Counted from the first letter of the stretch, positions 19,901 to 34,212 are shown. The stretch is DNA of 64,000 nt from Gammaproteobacteria bacterium (GCA_965215365.1 CBDCDS010000003.1:96001-160000), one strand, 5' to 3'. The notes: generated by a model not told the origin, from the letters alone. Made by a program: numbers and translations.

Positions 19901-21227
19901 TATTGAAAACGAGCGGGAGGATGAGATATTCACCTATAAATTCGACGCTGAATATGCGGTTGATTATCCATTCCTTACCGCTTTCAAGGCGGGTATCCGG
20001 CTGGTTAATCGCGACAACCTGCTGGTTCGGCGTGATGCTCGTCTTGACCCTTCGCCGGCGACTATCGCCGCGGCGGTGGCCATCAATCCCGACTTTGTTT
20101 TCGGCGTTTATGACCAGTCGCAGGCGGCCTCCGCCTTTGACGCCAATCCGGTCCTCGTGCTGGATACCCGGGCGGTACAGAATACCGTATTCGCCGGCAT
20201 TGAAGGTGAAGAGCAAGCCAGTGGCGGCCATTTTATTGAAGAAGACATCAAGGCTTACTACCTGCAGGCGGATTTCGAGACACAGACCGTATTCGGCATT
20301 CCCGCTTCGGGCAATTTCGGCGTGCGCGTGGTTACCACCGACGTTGACACGCAGGGAACCACCAACGTCGATGATGTCCTGATGCCCGTCTCCACCAGTG
20401 ACAAATATACCGAAGTATTACCCTCGGCCAATATCAACTTCTTTCCCACCGATGATATCGTCGTCAGGCTGGCCGGCGCCCGGGTATTGGCGCGTCCGGC
20501 AATCACCTTTTTGAGCCCCGGCACCGATAAATATGGCGATGAGATTTACAGTGGCGCCAACGGTGGCGGCAATCCGTTGCTCAGACCCTATATTGCCAAC
20601 CAGTTCGACCTGAGTGTCGAGAGGTATTTTGACGAAGATACGGCGCTGGCACTGGCATTTTTTTACAAGGACATGGACACCTTCATCACCCAGGCCAGGG
20701 TTGTCTCAGGGCCACCGGACGAAAGAGTCACGTCATTTATTGCCGCAAACGGCGCTGGTGGTCATATTCTGGGTGTTGAAGCAACCGCACAACATACGTT
20801 CACCGGCTTGCTGCCGGAAGGTTATGGAGACATCGGAATATACGCTACCTATACCTGGACTGATTCCAATGTGGAATTATCCGAGACCTTCAATTCCGGC
20901 ACCTTCGGCTTGGATGGGCAATCAGAACATCTGGGCAATTTAACCTTGCACTACCATCGCCACAAGCTCGGCGCCCGCATCTCATACCGATACCGGTCTG
21001 AGTTTACCCGACCGCAGCGGCCGGCGCGCGCCTTCACGATAAATCGCGCCGAGGGTGATTTGTCGTTCCAGGTCAGTTACGATATGAATACGCAACTGCG
21101 CCTGTTCGTGGAAGGCTGGAACCTGTTGGATGAGCCTCGGGACAACTACCACGGTCTGAAAAGCCTGCAAGGGCAATACACACAATTTGGCCGCAACATA
21201 CAGCTAGGCGTCAGTTACCGGTTTTGA
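16992..21227 (+). CDS. Fusion ORF: two FN3 domains, Pro-Glu linker, partial autotransporter-like barrel, TonB-dependent receptor
   Basis: Signal peptide; two FN3 with YRCEEGETPC; GLSLSVAPRWG; IEEIRVIG TonB box, SAEDIGALPD.SVAESL..LPGV plug, GNPLLRP, terminal YRF. Confidence 0.85.
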   Translation: MKNTLSVLSLFLLFLSAQQAHTHMPQAPSDLTATSVDNGIRLSWTAPPNPGEIAGYTIYRCEEGETPCTPTLIKWVAHPGDTPPPPTSYTDGGVAVVDGVMIGLVAGTTYRYQVTASYTMDYHESFRSNAVTVLAEGGADPAPEPEPESSMYPPAPPTGLTATPGVDSIDLSWNAPSDDIAGYSIYRCEEGETPCQPEWIAWVANEGDVPPAPTSYTDGGAAVVDGVMVGLVAGTTYRYAVTSNNVDSAGDYYESDDRSEEVTALAAGDTEPEPEPEPKPEPEPEPEPEPAKPAVTPEEKQAALEDVSATMGRNMLSGIVTTIGNRFTAAPDASKFSLAGRQMTLDDLAARGRVLVLHSEDDDYEEQGFSLSAGLQPYRDGTGLSLSVAPRWGGSAAGTAAMLSPEGSGLYSRSIAAQRRRGSLHTALSYGFAKPETGGVTTPFAEFDVTDGAGYRARLGTRYQLSAAGNTLKLELSSDLTTMPTHAAAAADDSPAHEVWLTAALQGRPFTSSDGRRRRAGRILAQADSVDSTTTNPQPDEAAEDTVEIEEIRVIGSRFQRSLSDALDEKRRADEIIEALSAEDIGALPDTSVAESLAKLPGVSYTRNAFGANNLSIRGLGAVLTNGTLNGRDLASEWGDRSVSFNMFPAELIARASLYKAPAASHVEGGIGGTLNLRTARALEWGERYVVANVRGRYNDLAGDLPDSEEFGYRGSVAYLDQFANDTVGIAIGYAGQYAPLVGADSQIYESRTVGFGGAIDGIPAGVGATNDFNIPYGAEYSFFSGASERHSVLGAIQWQPVENFEINIDAFFSAFEQSNSGAGLRLAGGLGSFGNRWSNVQTDGFNVAGATVACLHDEQPNNCADRGWGQDLGAFNARDDGDSTLHSYGIEGQWSAGALTLVYDFSWSKAEGEDAYTTVGYRPYNGMPDALELVRPVATFGENDAGAAFLTSPLDFTDLATNRIDALRLIENEREDEIFTYKFDAEYAVDYPFLTAFKAGIRLVNRDNLLVRRDARLDPSPATIAAAVAINPDFVFGVYDQSQAASAFDANPVLVLDTRAVQNTVFAGIEGEEQASGGHFIEEDIKAYYLQADFETQTVFGIPASGNFGVRVVTTDVDTQGTTNVDDVLMPVSTSDKYTEVLPSANINFFPTDDIVVRLAGARVLARPAITFLSPGTDKYGDEIYSGANGGGNPLLRPYIANQFDLSVERYFDEDTALALAFFYKDMDTFITQARVVSGPPDERVTSFIAANGAGGHILGVEATAQHTFTGLLPEGYGDIGIYATYTWTDSNVELSETFNSGTFGLDGQSEHLGNLTLHYHRHKLGARISYRYRSEFTRPQRPARAFTINRAEGDLSFQVSYDMNTQLRLFVEGWNLLDEPRDNYHGLKSLQGQYTQFGRNIQLGVSYRF
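17802..17862 (+). repeat. Hexanucleotide (GAACCR) tandem repeat encoding a Pro-Glu linker
   Basis: EPEPEPKPEPEPEPEPEP. Confidence 0.85.
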
Positions 21228-21349
21228 TGTCATCGATTCGCTCAGGCGCGCGCCGGATTATGCTGGTATAATCCACCTTCGCAGCGCGGTGGTGTTTTGG
21301 CTGCACAGGGCGTCAGTTTCTCTTTCCATCAGCGCGGAGCGGCACTGCA

Positions 21350-22264
21350 GTGAAACCTCCCGTCAACAAGGCCTTAACAGTCAATAACATCACCGACTTT
21401 ATTTCCATCGTCAGGCAGTCCTACCCGGAGTTAAGCAAATCCGGCCGCAAGATCGCCAATTTGCTGATGGAAAAACCCGAGCAGTTTATCAGAGCCAGTG
21501 TCAAGGAGGTGTCTGTTCTCACCGGCGTCAGCGATGCCACCGTAGTCCGCTTCGGCAGGAATCTGGGCTGTAACGGGTTCAAAGACCTGAAGCTGTTACT
21601 GGCCCAACATCTGGCCGTGGAACAGGCCCACAAAGATGCCGCGTCGGGTCAGACCCGGCCGCCGGCCGGTACGTTTGAAGAGCAGATTCATCATTCCGCG
21701 CTGGAGGCGTTAAATCGTGCCAGCCTTGATATCAAGCCGGATATCATTGACAAGGCTGCTATTGCGATTTCACAGTCCAGACGGGTATTCGTCTATGGCA
21801 TCGGCGGCAGTTCCGGGATACTGGCAGCCGAGATACATAACAGGCTGTTTCGTCTGAACGTTATGACGACCGCATTTACCGATGATTATCTGCAAAGAAT
21901 GTCCGCATCAACAGTAACCTCTGAGGACCTGATACTGGTTATTTCTGCCACCGGGCGCCCTCGTCCGCTGCTGGAAAGCGTGGAAATGGCACAGCACTAC
22001 GGGGCAAAATGCGTGGCCATTACGGACAAGAACAGCGCCTTGGCGGACCTGGCAGATAGCTGTATTCACGTGGAACTTTCGCAATCGGGCGTGCTGCATA
22101 ACCAGCCTAACCCCATGCGTTTTGCACAGCTGTTTGCTATTGATTGCCTCTCTCATCGGGTCGCTCAGCTGCTTGGCAAGACCGCGGAGGAAACATTGCA
22201 ACGAGTGCGGGCCAGCATCGCTTCCATTCAGGGCATCGCGCCGCAACAACCTATCGGCGATTGA
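21350..22264 (+). CDS. MurR/RpiR family transcriptional regulator
   Basis: HTH VSDATVVRFGRNLGCNGFKDLK plus SIS domain (YGIGGSS, ISATG). Confidence 0.92.
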   Translation: MKPPVNKALTVNNITDFISIVRQSYPELSKSGRKIANLLMEKPEQFIRASVKEVSVLTGVSDATVVRFGRNLGCNGFKDLKLLLAQHLAVEQAHKDAASGQTRPPAGTFEEQIHHSALEALNRASLDIKPDIIDKAAIAISQSRRVFVYGIGGSSGILAAEIHNRLFRLNVMTTAFTDDYLQRMSASTVTSEDLILVISATGRPRPLLESVEMAQHYGAKCVAITDKNSALADLADSCIHVELSQSGVLHNQPNPMRFAQLFAIDCLSHRVAQLLGKTAEETLQRVRASIASIQGIAPQQPIGD

Positions 22265-24317
22265 TCGAGCTTTGTCCCGGCGCCGCCGGCACGACTTGGA
22301 CCGACACCGATGTGACCGCCGGTACGATCTACCGCTATGCGTTAGGGTCAATGCGTTACCTGTGGGGCGGGTCGGGAGAGAAGAGCGTCTGGTCGAATCA
22401 GGTCACGGCTACCCCCGGAGTTGCGGGCAAGCGGACCGGCGCGCCTGCGCGCGGCACCTGCAGTGGCAGCACAAGCAGCTCGGGCGCGGCCGGGAATTTA
22501 CTGACCAATGGCGGATTTGAACAGGGCAATGCCGGCTGGGGCGTGTGGGGTGGGGCTTACGTGGCCAGCGCTGGGCAAGGGCGTTCCGCGTTGCAGGTGA
22601 GCGAACACAACGGCGCCGAGCAGACGCTGACCGGCTTGCAACCCAATACCCGCTACATCCTTACCGGCTCAGGAAGAGCAGCCGGCGTAAACGCAATGAC
22701 TATCGGAGTGAAAGAGCATGGCGGTAACGAGGAATACATGGAATTTACCAACAGCCATTACACCACCCAAGCACTGGTCTTTACCACCGGGTTTGTCAGC
22801 ACCAGCGCCAAGATTTACGTATATAAATATGCTGGAACAGAGGCCGGCTGCGCCGATAATATCATTGTGACTCAGGGCTCAGGGTCCGAATTCTCCCTGG
22901 AGTGGTCTGATGAATTCAACGGCAGCGGCGCCGTGGACTCATCGGTATGGCGGTTTGAACGCGGCTTCGTGCGCAATACAGATACGCGCTGGAGTCCTGT
23001 ATGGGATAGTTCAAAACGTTCTGTCGAAAGTCTGGGCGCCGGTTGGGCCGATGCTTACCATGTCTGGGAATTTGACTGGGATGACAAGCGCATGAGTATC
23101 TATGTCGATGGGGTGTTGATGAATGACTTGCCCTTGGCCAATAGCGTGAACGGGTCAGCCGCATGTGCCGGTCAAAACCCGTTTCAACAGCCTCATCAAC
23201 TGTTATTGAACCTGGCTCTCGGTGGCTCCCACGGCGGCGCTGTGGGTAATTTAATATTTCCCACGCGCTATTTGATTGATTACGTGCGGGTCTATTCGAA
23301 GCAGGAAGACAGTGACGATCAGGTAGCGCCCGGCAAGGAGTCGATAGTGTCTCCGGAGGTGCCACCAAGCGGGCATCCGCTGGGCGAGGATATGGCGTCA
23401 GGGCTTGATTTCTGGCGTGGCGCTGATATGTCCTACGTCAATGAGATGGAAGACTGCGGGGCGGTGTATCGCGACGGCGGGGAGGTGCGCGATCCTTTTG
23501 AGATACTGGCGGACAAAGGGGCGAATCTGGCCCGGTTTCGTCTCTGGCATAACCCGCGCTGGACCGACTACAGCACCCTGCCGGACGTTATAAAAAGCAT
23601 CCGCAGAGCCAGGGCTAACGGCATGAAGGTGTTGCTGAACTTTCATTATTCGGATGACTGGGCCGACCCGCAGCATCAGCGGATTTCCGCAGCGTGGCGG
23701 TCGGCCGGCTCAGTCGAGGCAGTGGCCGAACTGCTGTATGATTACACGTTTACCACCCTGATGACACTGCATGAACAGGGCCTGTTGCCGGACTACGTAC
23801 AAGTGGGCAATGAAGTCAACAACGGCGTTGCGCGAGCACACCCGCAACGTGACTCCTGGTGGGTCAATCCGAGCCGCAATGTGCGGCTGCTGAATGCTGG
23901 CATCAAGGCGGTCAGGGACGTCGGCGCCAAGGTGGAGGGACGCCAACCGCAACTTGTACTGCATCTTGCCGAACCGGAAGCGGTTGAACATTGGCTGAAT
24001 ACTGCCAAGCGGGTGGGACTGGCGGAGGTCGATATCATCGGCCTCAGTTATTACTCGTTATGGTCGCGTGTTCCGCTGGAACGCCTGGATAATCTGATAC
24101 GCCGGCTACGCAGTAAATTCGACCAGGAGGTCGTCATCGTTGAGACGGCCTACCCCTGGACGCTGGCAAATTATGACCGCGCCAACAATATCCTGGGCGC
24201 CGATGCAGTAGTTGCAGGATATGGCGCCACCCGAGACGGCCAACGCCGTTACCTGATTGACCTGATGCAAACAGTATTGAATGGCGGCGGGCTTGGCATA
24301 GTCTATTGGGAGCCAGC

Positions 24318-27661
<3,344 letters not shown>

Positions 27662-27762
27662 GCCCGGCGCCGAACCTGCCCGATTCACATTCCCCGGATC
27701 GAAATGGCCACCTATATCAGAGTGCTGTACACCCCGCCGGTATGTAAATTCCTACCCCACGC

Positions 27763-28233
27763 TTATTGATTTTCTGTTTCAGGATTGATGAGCAGTCTGC
27801 GAAGATTTTCTGCATCATCAATATCCCGCGGGCGCCCTGTCGCCAGTTTGTTCCTGAGCAAGTGTTCAGCGGACAGTATTTTGATGGTCACACCGTCAAT
27901 TTCCACGCTGTTTGCCGCCGCGGATGCTTCAAGGTAATCCACGCCTGAAATCCGGGTAATGATGTCTATTCGTCTTGGCGCAACGCCGATTTGGAAGATA
28001 ACGCCTTCTTCTGAAAAATCGGAGACCGAAACCGCGTCCATAGGGGCGCCAAACTCTGATAACGCACGGCATACCCTTTCCGCGTTATCCGGGTCTGCCC
28101 TGACCCAGATATCGATATCCATCGTCGCCCGGGGATAGCCATGAGAAGCAAGCGCATAAGCGCCTACCAGGATAAAATCAACGCCTTGGCCTGATAAGGA
28201 CTGCAATATGTCTCTGTAATCTTCGTTCCACAT
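27763..28233 (-). CDS. Nucleotidyltransferase-fold protein
   Basis: LVGAYALASHGYPRATMDIDIW, KLATGRPRDIDD. Confidence 0.8.
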   Translation of the reverse strand: MWNEDYRDILQSLSGQGVDFILVGAYALASHGYPRATMDIDIWVRADPDNAERVCRALSEFGAPMDAVSVSDFSEEGVIFQIGVAPRRIDIITRISGVDYLEASAAANSVEIDGVTIKILSAEHLLRNKLATGRPRDIDDAENLRRLLINPETENQ

Positions 28234-28375
28234 CGTGCCTCGGACTGAAAGAAGCAATTTCTTTTGTCAACGGCCAGACTATGCCGATACGTTCTGCTGC
28301 TGACGCACCCACATAATTGTCGTCCCGGTGGCCGGCCAGACTTGCTTTACAGACGATGTTGCGATCGAGTTGCAT
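28178..28375 (-). CDS. Small hypothetical partner of the nucleotidyltransferase
   Basis: 65 aa, overlaps NTase start, ends RLQRH..LIR. Confidence 0.55.
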   Translation of the reverse strand: MQLDRNIVCKASLAGHRDDNYVGASAAERIGIVWPLTKEIASFSPRHDVERRLQRHIAVLIRPRR

Positions 28376-28415
28376 CAGGTTACCTTAACATACGGCAGGA
28401 AATACTACCACATCT

Positions 28416-29550
28416 TGTCCAGGTTCAATACATATGAGACTCAGAGGCAGGCTGTGTGAGTTGTTGATAATACTCCATTGGGGTTAATAAACCCATACCG
28501 TCATGCGGGCGGTAGGTATTGTAGTATTGCTGATACTCTGCCAGTTTGCGGTTGATGGCCGCCACGGTCAGTGGACCCTCGTAGAACGGATAGAACTCAT
28601 AGCGGCTGGTGGCATTGGCGCGTTCTACACAGCCGTTGTATTCGGGTTTTTTCGGGGGCAGCACGTACAGGGGGATTCCTAAGTCCTGGCAAGCCTGCTC
28701 GAACTCATCTTAAGAACTCCGAGCCGCCATCGACCTGGATAGAACGGATGGGAAACGGCGCCTCTTGGCACAGCGCTTTTAAGAAGCGCCGGGCATTGCC
28801 ACTGGTGGCCCGACTGTAGGCTCGCAGCGCACTCCATTTGCTCACCGGACAGACGGCCTTGAACTCCTTCACCGTGATGCCGTCCGTGAAGCCGACACTC
28901 ATGTGGTCTATCTGCATCAACTCCCCTGGCGCCTTAGCCTTCATCCCGTAGCGCCAGCGCTTGGCATGATGGGTAAACGCCCGGCGGCGCTTAGGCTTCA
29001 CCCGGCCATAGTAAAACGCCACCGGCTTGACCCGACCCAGCCGCACCAGCTTCGCCACGATGCGCCCGACCGTACTCTCGCTCAAAGTCCAGCCCTGCTC
29101 GCGCACCCCCACCCGCCAGAGCTTACGCTTACCCCATAACGGATAACGTTGGCGAAGGTGCAAGACCTGCTGCTCGTGCTGGCGCGTCCATTGCGGCACA
29201 CGCCGCCGCCGCGGCGCACGAGAGCCACACCCCAGACCCTTCAGCCCATGTTCACGATACCGCTTCAACCAACGGTAGTAGGTCGCCCTCGACCAACCTA
29301 CTGCTGCCAGTGCCGTCGCCTCACCACACCCATCCTCGCGTAACGTCGCAACTAATTCCAACTGCTTCAAACGACCGCGCGCGTCAGCATCGGTAGTATC
29401 ATCGACGCGCCAACTGCGATATGATTTCACCCGCTTACCTTTTGATCTGCATCGGGTAGTCCTCCTGTGTAAGTTAATCGAAATCACTTTACACACTTAA
29501 CTACCCGATTTCTTTATCTAAAGAGTCTCACTTGTTTCTGAACCCGGACA
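28416..29550 (-). mobile_element. IS481-family insertion sequence with frameshifted transposase
   Basis: TIRs TGTCCAGGTTCAATAC/TGTCCGGGTTCAGAAAC; 5-bp duplication CATCT (28411-28415, 29551-29555); HTH, PGELMQID, QVDGGSEF, NGCVER; frameshifts near 29440 and 28710. Confidence 0.9.
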
Positions 29551-30190
29551 CATCTTCCAGCTGACACCGAGGAACCAGGTACGGCCGTAGCGGTCAAACC
29601 GGCGCAAGTCACGTTTATCGTTATTGCGGGTGATACGCGCCGGCTCATCGGTCAGATTATAGCCTTGAAGACGGACGGTGATATTGTCGTTGACGATATA
29701 GGCCAGGCCGGCGCTGACACTCAGCTCCGCACCCAGGGTGCTTAACTCAGAACCATCCCAGCCGAAGCCTGTGGTGAAGGCCGAATGATATTTTAAGCCG
29801 AAACGCAGGTCGAACTGGCGCCACCAGAACCACAAATCCATGGACGCCGTGTGGCTGGCCAGCCCGGCCAGACTGTAGGGATTCTCCACCGGATACAGTT
29901 CCTTGATGTTCGAGTCCGCATAAGCGTAGTTGGAATAAATGCCGGCGGAGACGCCATCCAGGGCTTTGGGCAGTAACGAGGTAAACGGCGCCTGGAACGT
30001 CAATTCGATACCACGCAGACTGCCCGATGGTTCGTTCTTCGGGCCATAGATGTAAAACACACGCCCGTCCCGGACCTCAAAATCGAGGTAGGTATAACCG
30101 ATGTAGTCCTCAATCCGCTTATAGTAAAGGGTCGCTGCCGCCAGCGACTCCGGTGCAAAATACCACTCGTAGGACAAATCTATCTGCAGG
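29551..30190 (-). pseudogene. 3' fragment of a TonB-dependent receptor, last codons cut off by IS481
   Basis: QIDLSYEWYF, GIELTFQ, YNLTDEP, YGRTWFLGVSWK; native M-W-stop lies at 28405-28413. Confidence 0.8.
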
Positions 30191-30820
30191 GTCGGGCTTG
30201 AAGTAGCGCACATCGGCCTGTTGCGCGGCAAAACTGATACCGATGGATTCGGCCTGGTAGGTTTTGAAGGTTCCGCTGAGAGTGGTTTCAAATATCTTGT
30301 TGTGGTCCAGGTCGAGTTTTAAGGTGTAGCGATGTGCATGGCGTTCTATACCGCGTCCGTTATTTTGTTCGGAATTATCCCCGCTCGAATAATCTTTCCA
30401 GGTGCCGGCCAGCGTGATACTGAGTTCCCAGACTACCGTGGATGACCTGCGCGTGGCAGCGGAAGGCACATCGCGCCGCCCCCCGGCATCAATGACTTTA
30501 ATCGGCGCCCGGTTGCCGTTTCCACCAGCCCCACCCAAAGGCGCAATGGAGACCGCCAGCGCATACACCTTGTCGTTCCCCCCCGAGTAACCGAAGCTAT
30601 TGGCGTAAGGATGGTTTTGAAAAGCGGGGCCATTGCCTGTGCCCACGGCCAGCACCAGCCGGTCATCCCAGAAGTCCCGGTGATTGGTGCCCTTGAGCGC
30701 CATGCTGCCGGACAGTGTGATGACGCTGCCAGCACTGAGTGAACCCAGTCCTGCGTTATCATCGATGGTAAAAACAGGTGCGGCAGACCCGTAGCGCCAC
30801 AGGTAACCGGGGCGCGCCAG
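30190..30820 (-). pseudogene. Internal fragment of an unknown protein
   Basis: About 200 codons of protein-like open frame, no clear start, abuts receptor fragment out of frame. Confidence 0.4.
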
Positions 30821-31350
30821 CGGACAGAGATGAAATACCATCGACCGCCCGCCCGGCGCCGGCAATCATGGAGCGCAGCGTGGCCCCCGTTTCAGCATTT
30901 TCGGAGCTCGTCGAACGGCCGTTATTCAGGGAAGACCGGCGGCCTTATATGCCGGTGGGCCCGGTTAACCCGGGGGCGCAACATGACGCCGGGCCGGATA
31001 TTTCAGATCAAATCTCCTTGTCTGGGGTCGTTATCAGTGAGGATGACAAAATTGCATTGATAGAACACCGGCAGAATAAAAAGTTGCAGCAGCTCAGACA
31101 AGGTGACAGCGTCAACGGTTGGACCCTGGCGAATATACAAGCCAACAGTGTTTTTATGACTCAACAGGGCAGAACTAGTCAGATAATACTCACTGTCAGA
31201 CCATCACAACCGGTCTTGAGAGAGCCGCAAGGAATACCGGAAAGACTGCCCGCCAATAGCGAAGAAGCAGTTGGCACCAACCCTGCACAGCCTGAGCCGA
31301 CCCGTAGAAAAACAACCAGGACAAAACCGGCTCCCAGGCAGTCAGGATAA
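30820..31350 (+). pseudogene. 5'-truncated type II secretion GspN/GspC-like protein
   Basis: FSELVERPLFREDRRP, LSGVVIS, GDSVNGWTL; lacks N-terminal membrane anchor. Confidence 0.6.
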
Positions 31351-31520
31351 CCCGAACGAATCAGGGTGTTGATCATGAGGGTTCCCATTACTTGATTCTG
31401 AAAACTTGTAAGGCTACCATCGAATGATGATCCAACATTTACGGGAACCGGAAATGCTCGATGCCGATGCCGTTGTCATTGAACACACCATCATCTTCTC
31501 TGGTAAAGGGTTAACTCGGA

Positions 31521-31799
31521 ATGGATTTTGAATGGGACCCAAGGAAAGAACAATCGAACCAGAGGAAGCATGGTGTTTCTTTCCTGGAGGCAACCAGTGT
31601 TTTTGGCGATCCGATGGAGTTGACGATTTACAATCCGGACCACTCAAGAGATGAACATCGTTTCTTGAGCATCGGACGAGCATCAAGCGGACAATTGCTC
31701 GTGATTTCCTACACTGAGCGCGAGCCTGATCGGATAAGACTCATTAACGCAAGACCGGCTACTCCGGCAGAGATAAAACGCTATGAAACAGACAATTAA
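31521..31799 (+). CDS. BrnT family toxin
   Basis: FEWDPRK..N.RKHGVSF.EA..VF.D, IRLINAR.AT. Confidence 0.9.
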   Translation: MDFEWDPRKEQSNQRKHGVSFLEATSVFGDPMELTIYNPDHSRDEHRFLSIGRASSGQLLVISYTEREPDRIRLINARPATPAEIKRYETDN

Positions 31800-32013
31800 C
31801 ACTGATGATATGAGACCGGACTATGATTTTTCCGGCGGTGTGCGTGGGAAACATTACAAGGCCTACCAAAAAGGTACAAATCTGGTTCTGTTGGAACCCG
31901 AGGTGGCCAAAGTCTTTCGCGACTCCAACGCTGTCAACCGGGCCCTGCGTATGCTGATTGAGCTGGCAAACGGAGCAACGCACAGAGCCCTGAACGATGA
32001 TGGGAGGGGTTAA
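31783..32013 (+). CDS. BrnA-like antitoxin
   Basis: DMRPDYDFSGGVRGKHY, VNRALR; overlaps toxin. Confidence 0.8.
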   Translation: MKQTINTDDMRPDYDFSGGVRGKHYKAYQKGTNLVLLEPEVAKVFRDSNAVNRALRMLIELANGATHRALNDDGRG

Positions 32014-32131
32014 GGCCACCTCTAAACCTCCATGATCAGGGCGCTGCACACCCCGACAGTATGTAAATCTGTAAAATTTACACAGCAAAAATACCACGGA
32101 GGGCATTTTTAATTGTGTTGTACTGCCTGCG

Positions 32132-33409
32132 TCATGGTCGCGGTGCCTCGGTCTGTGCGAGAGTGTCGTGCAGCCGTGTCTGCACATGGGTCATCAGTGA
32201 CGGAATGCCGGGCTCGAACCAGTCGGTCGCGGTGGTCGTCTGCCAGGTATACCCCAACGCGGCCAGCTGCTCGAGTGCCGCCGTGGCTGCTGCCTCCTCC
32301 AGGCCGAGTCCCGCGCATAACGTGGTGCGTAACGCCGCTTTATGCGCCTGCTCGGTGCCCTCGAAAACTCCGGCGACGAGCGCCCCCGCCTCGAGCAGGC
32401 CGCGCGCTTCGAGCTCCAGATAACGCTTCCCGTAATAGCGTTGGCGCCGCGCCTCGACCGGCGCGTACCCCTGTTTGACGATGGCCGGCGTGACGGTGTA
32501 ACCTTGGGCGTCATCGACCAGTGCCTCACACAGTGCCTCGCCCCAGAGCTGAATGAAATACGGGTAACATTGTGAGTCGGCCACCACGGACTCCAAGGCG
32601 GCCGGGTCAAACGTCACCGACCAGCCGGCGAGCGGTTGGGTCAAGGCCTGTGCGGTAGCCTCTGGATCCAACCGGCCAATCGGCTGCACCTCGGAGTGAT
32701 CCCAGAAGGTCGCGCTCATCTCGCCCAGATGCGCCTCGAGGTTGGGTGTCCCGGCCAGGATCAGGACGAACGGCGCGCCGGTGGCGCGCAGCTTCTGGCT
32801 GATGTTCAGCAACCGCCGCCCGATGCCCACATCGAGCGTATGCGCCTCGTCCACGGTGACCAACAGCGGTTGGGTGCGACAGCGCGCCGTCAGCCAAGCC
32901 AAGGCATGGACTGCGAGCTCCTCATCCGACACGGCGCTCAATGCGGCGCTGATCCCGGGACCATCGAGCGTGACACGCTCGAGCGACAGGCCACTCCGGC
33001 GCAGGGCGTTTTGCAGTCTCGCCATAAGTGTGCTCGGCCCTGCGGCCGTGGCGTCTGGCAGGGTCGGCGCGGCGAGCAACAGCGTCCTGATCAGAGCCGC
33101 CGGGGAATCGATGTCATCCGGTGTCAGCATGAGCGCGCTGATCCCGGCCTCGGCCGCCCGACGCTTGAAGTCCGCGAGCAACACGGTCTTGCCATTGCCG
33201 CGCGGCCCGTAGATCACCAGATCGCGCGCCGGGGCACTGTTATCTTGCAAGGGGTTTAACAGCGCATCGCAGGCGATCGTGGTCTCAGTGTCCCGCCCGG
33301 CGAGTTTGGGCGGGGTCACGCCCGTGCCGGCCTTAAATAAACCCTTTAATGCTTTTCGGTAGCGTGTGTCGCTGAACTCGTGCGGAAACGGTGCGGGCAT
33401 GGCGGCCAC
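32132..33409 (-). CDS. P-loop AAA-family ATPase
   Basis: LAGRD, GPRGNGKT, VTVDEAH, YPYFIQLWG. Confidence 0.85.
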   Translation of the reverse strand: MAAMPAPFPHEFSDTRYRKALKGLFKAGTGVTPPKLAGRDTETTIACDALLNPLQDNSAPARDLVIYGPRGNGKTVLLADFKRRAAEAGISALMLTPDDIDSPAALIRTLLLAAPTLPDATAAGPSTLMARLQNALRRSGLSLERVTLDGPGISAALSAVSDEELAVHALAWLTARCRTQPLLVTVDEAHTLDVGIGRRLLNISQKLRATGAPFVLILAGTPNLEAHLGEMSATFWDHSEVQPIGRLDPEATAQALTQPLAGWSVTFDPAALESVVADSQCYPYFIQLWGEALCEALVDDAQGYTVTPAIVKQGYAPVEARRQRYYGKRYLELEARGLLEAGALVAGVFEGTEQAHKAALRTTLCAGLGLEEAAATAALEQLAALGYTWQTTTATDWFEPGIPSLMTHVQTRLHDTLAQTEAPRP

Positions 33410-33596
33410 CTTGACAGGTCGATAGTGATGAGTATGAGTTTATCAGTACCGGAGGGCGCAATCAAGGACAGGACATGACCGTACAGGAACACCCGCCTGA
33501 CCGGTTGGATTACGGGGCCATGTGTTTCAGGGCGACTGGCGCTACGAATTACATCCTCGATAAAGTTGGAAACTTAAGGTGACATCTAAATCATAT

Positions 33597-33625
33597 TTGA
33601 CATAATTGTAATATAAAACTATCCT
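33597..33625 (+). promoter_or_regulatory. Sigma70-like promoter
   Basis: TTGACA-N17-TATCCT. Confidence 0.6.
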
Positions 33626-33683
33626 GTTTCCCAACATTTACAGGTACATTGCCCAGTATGGAAGGTGAAGGGCATAAAGCAAC

Positions 33684-33718
33684 TATAGGGTGCCTCCAAT
33701 TAATAGAGGCACCCTATA
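33684..33718. repeat. Short palindromic repeat, most complete copy
   Basis: TATAGGGTGCCTCCAATTAATAGAGGCACCCTATA. Confidence 0.8.
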
Positions 33719-33753
33719 CTTACTCAAACGCAAACCACAGGAGTCTGAAGCTA

Positions 33754-34212
33754 ATGCATATAATCAATTACATTCGGAATAGTTACCACCGCGCCGGCGC
33801 GCGCTGGTGCAATTCGCAACGCCTGCCGGGCATGGTCGTGCTGTGTCTGGCACTGGCAATCTCCGGCGCCCAGGCGCAAACGGCGGTCACCGTTACGTTC
33901 AAGGTGGACGTGACCGGTATTGAGATAGAGGACGGCGTTTATATCACCGGCAGCTTTACCGGCCCGGAGGGGCAGTGGCAGCTGCTGCCGATGACTGCGG
34001 AGGGCGGCGGCATTTATTCCCATAGCGCTGAACTCAACCCCGGCGCTGAGGGCGCCTATTATTTCCTGAGAGGAAACGATTGGAGCTTGCGCGAGTGGGT
34101 GCCGGCGGAATGCGCGCTGATGTGGGATGTGGATCGGAAATATGTGATTCCCGCAGCAGATGTGACTTACGCCTTCCGCTACAGTTCATGCGAGACGGTT
34201 ACCTCTAATTAA
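33754..34212 (+). CDS. Secreted protein with one CBM-like beta-sandwich domain, possibly truncated
   Basis: AGGAG RBS; signal ending AQA; VTFKVD..GVYITGSF..W..PM; stop supplied by palindrome. Confidence 0.6.
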   Translation: MHIINYIRNSYHRAGARWCNSQRLPGMVVLCLALAISGAQAQTAVTVTFKVDVTGIEIEDGVYITGSFTGPEGQWQLLPMTAEGGGIYSHSAELNPGAEGAYYFLRGNDWSLREWVPAECALMWDVDRKYVIPAADVTYAFRYSSCETVTSN

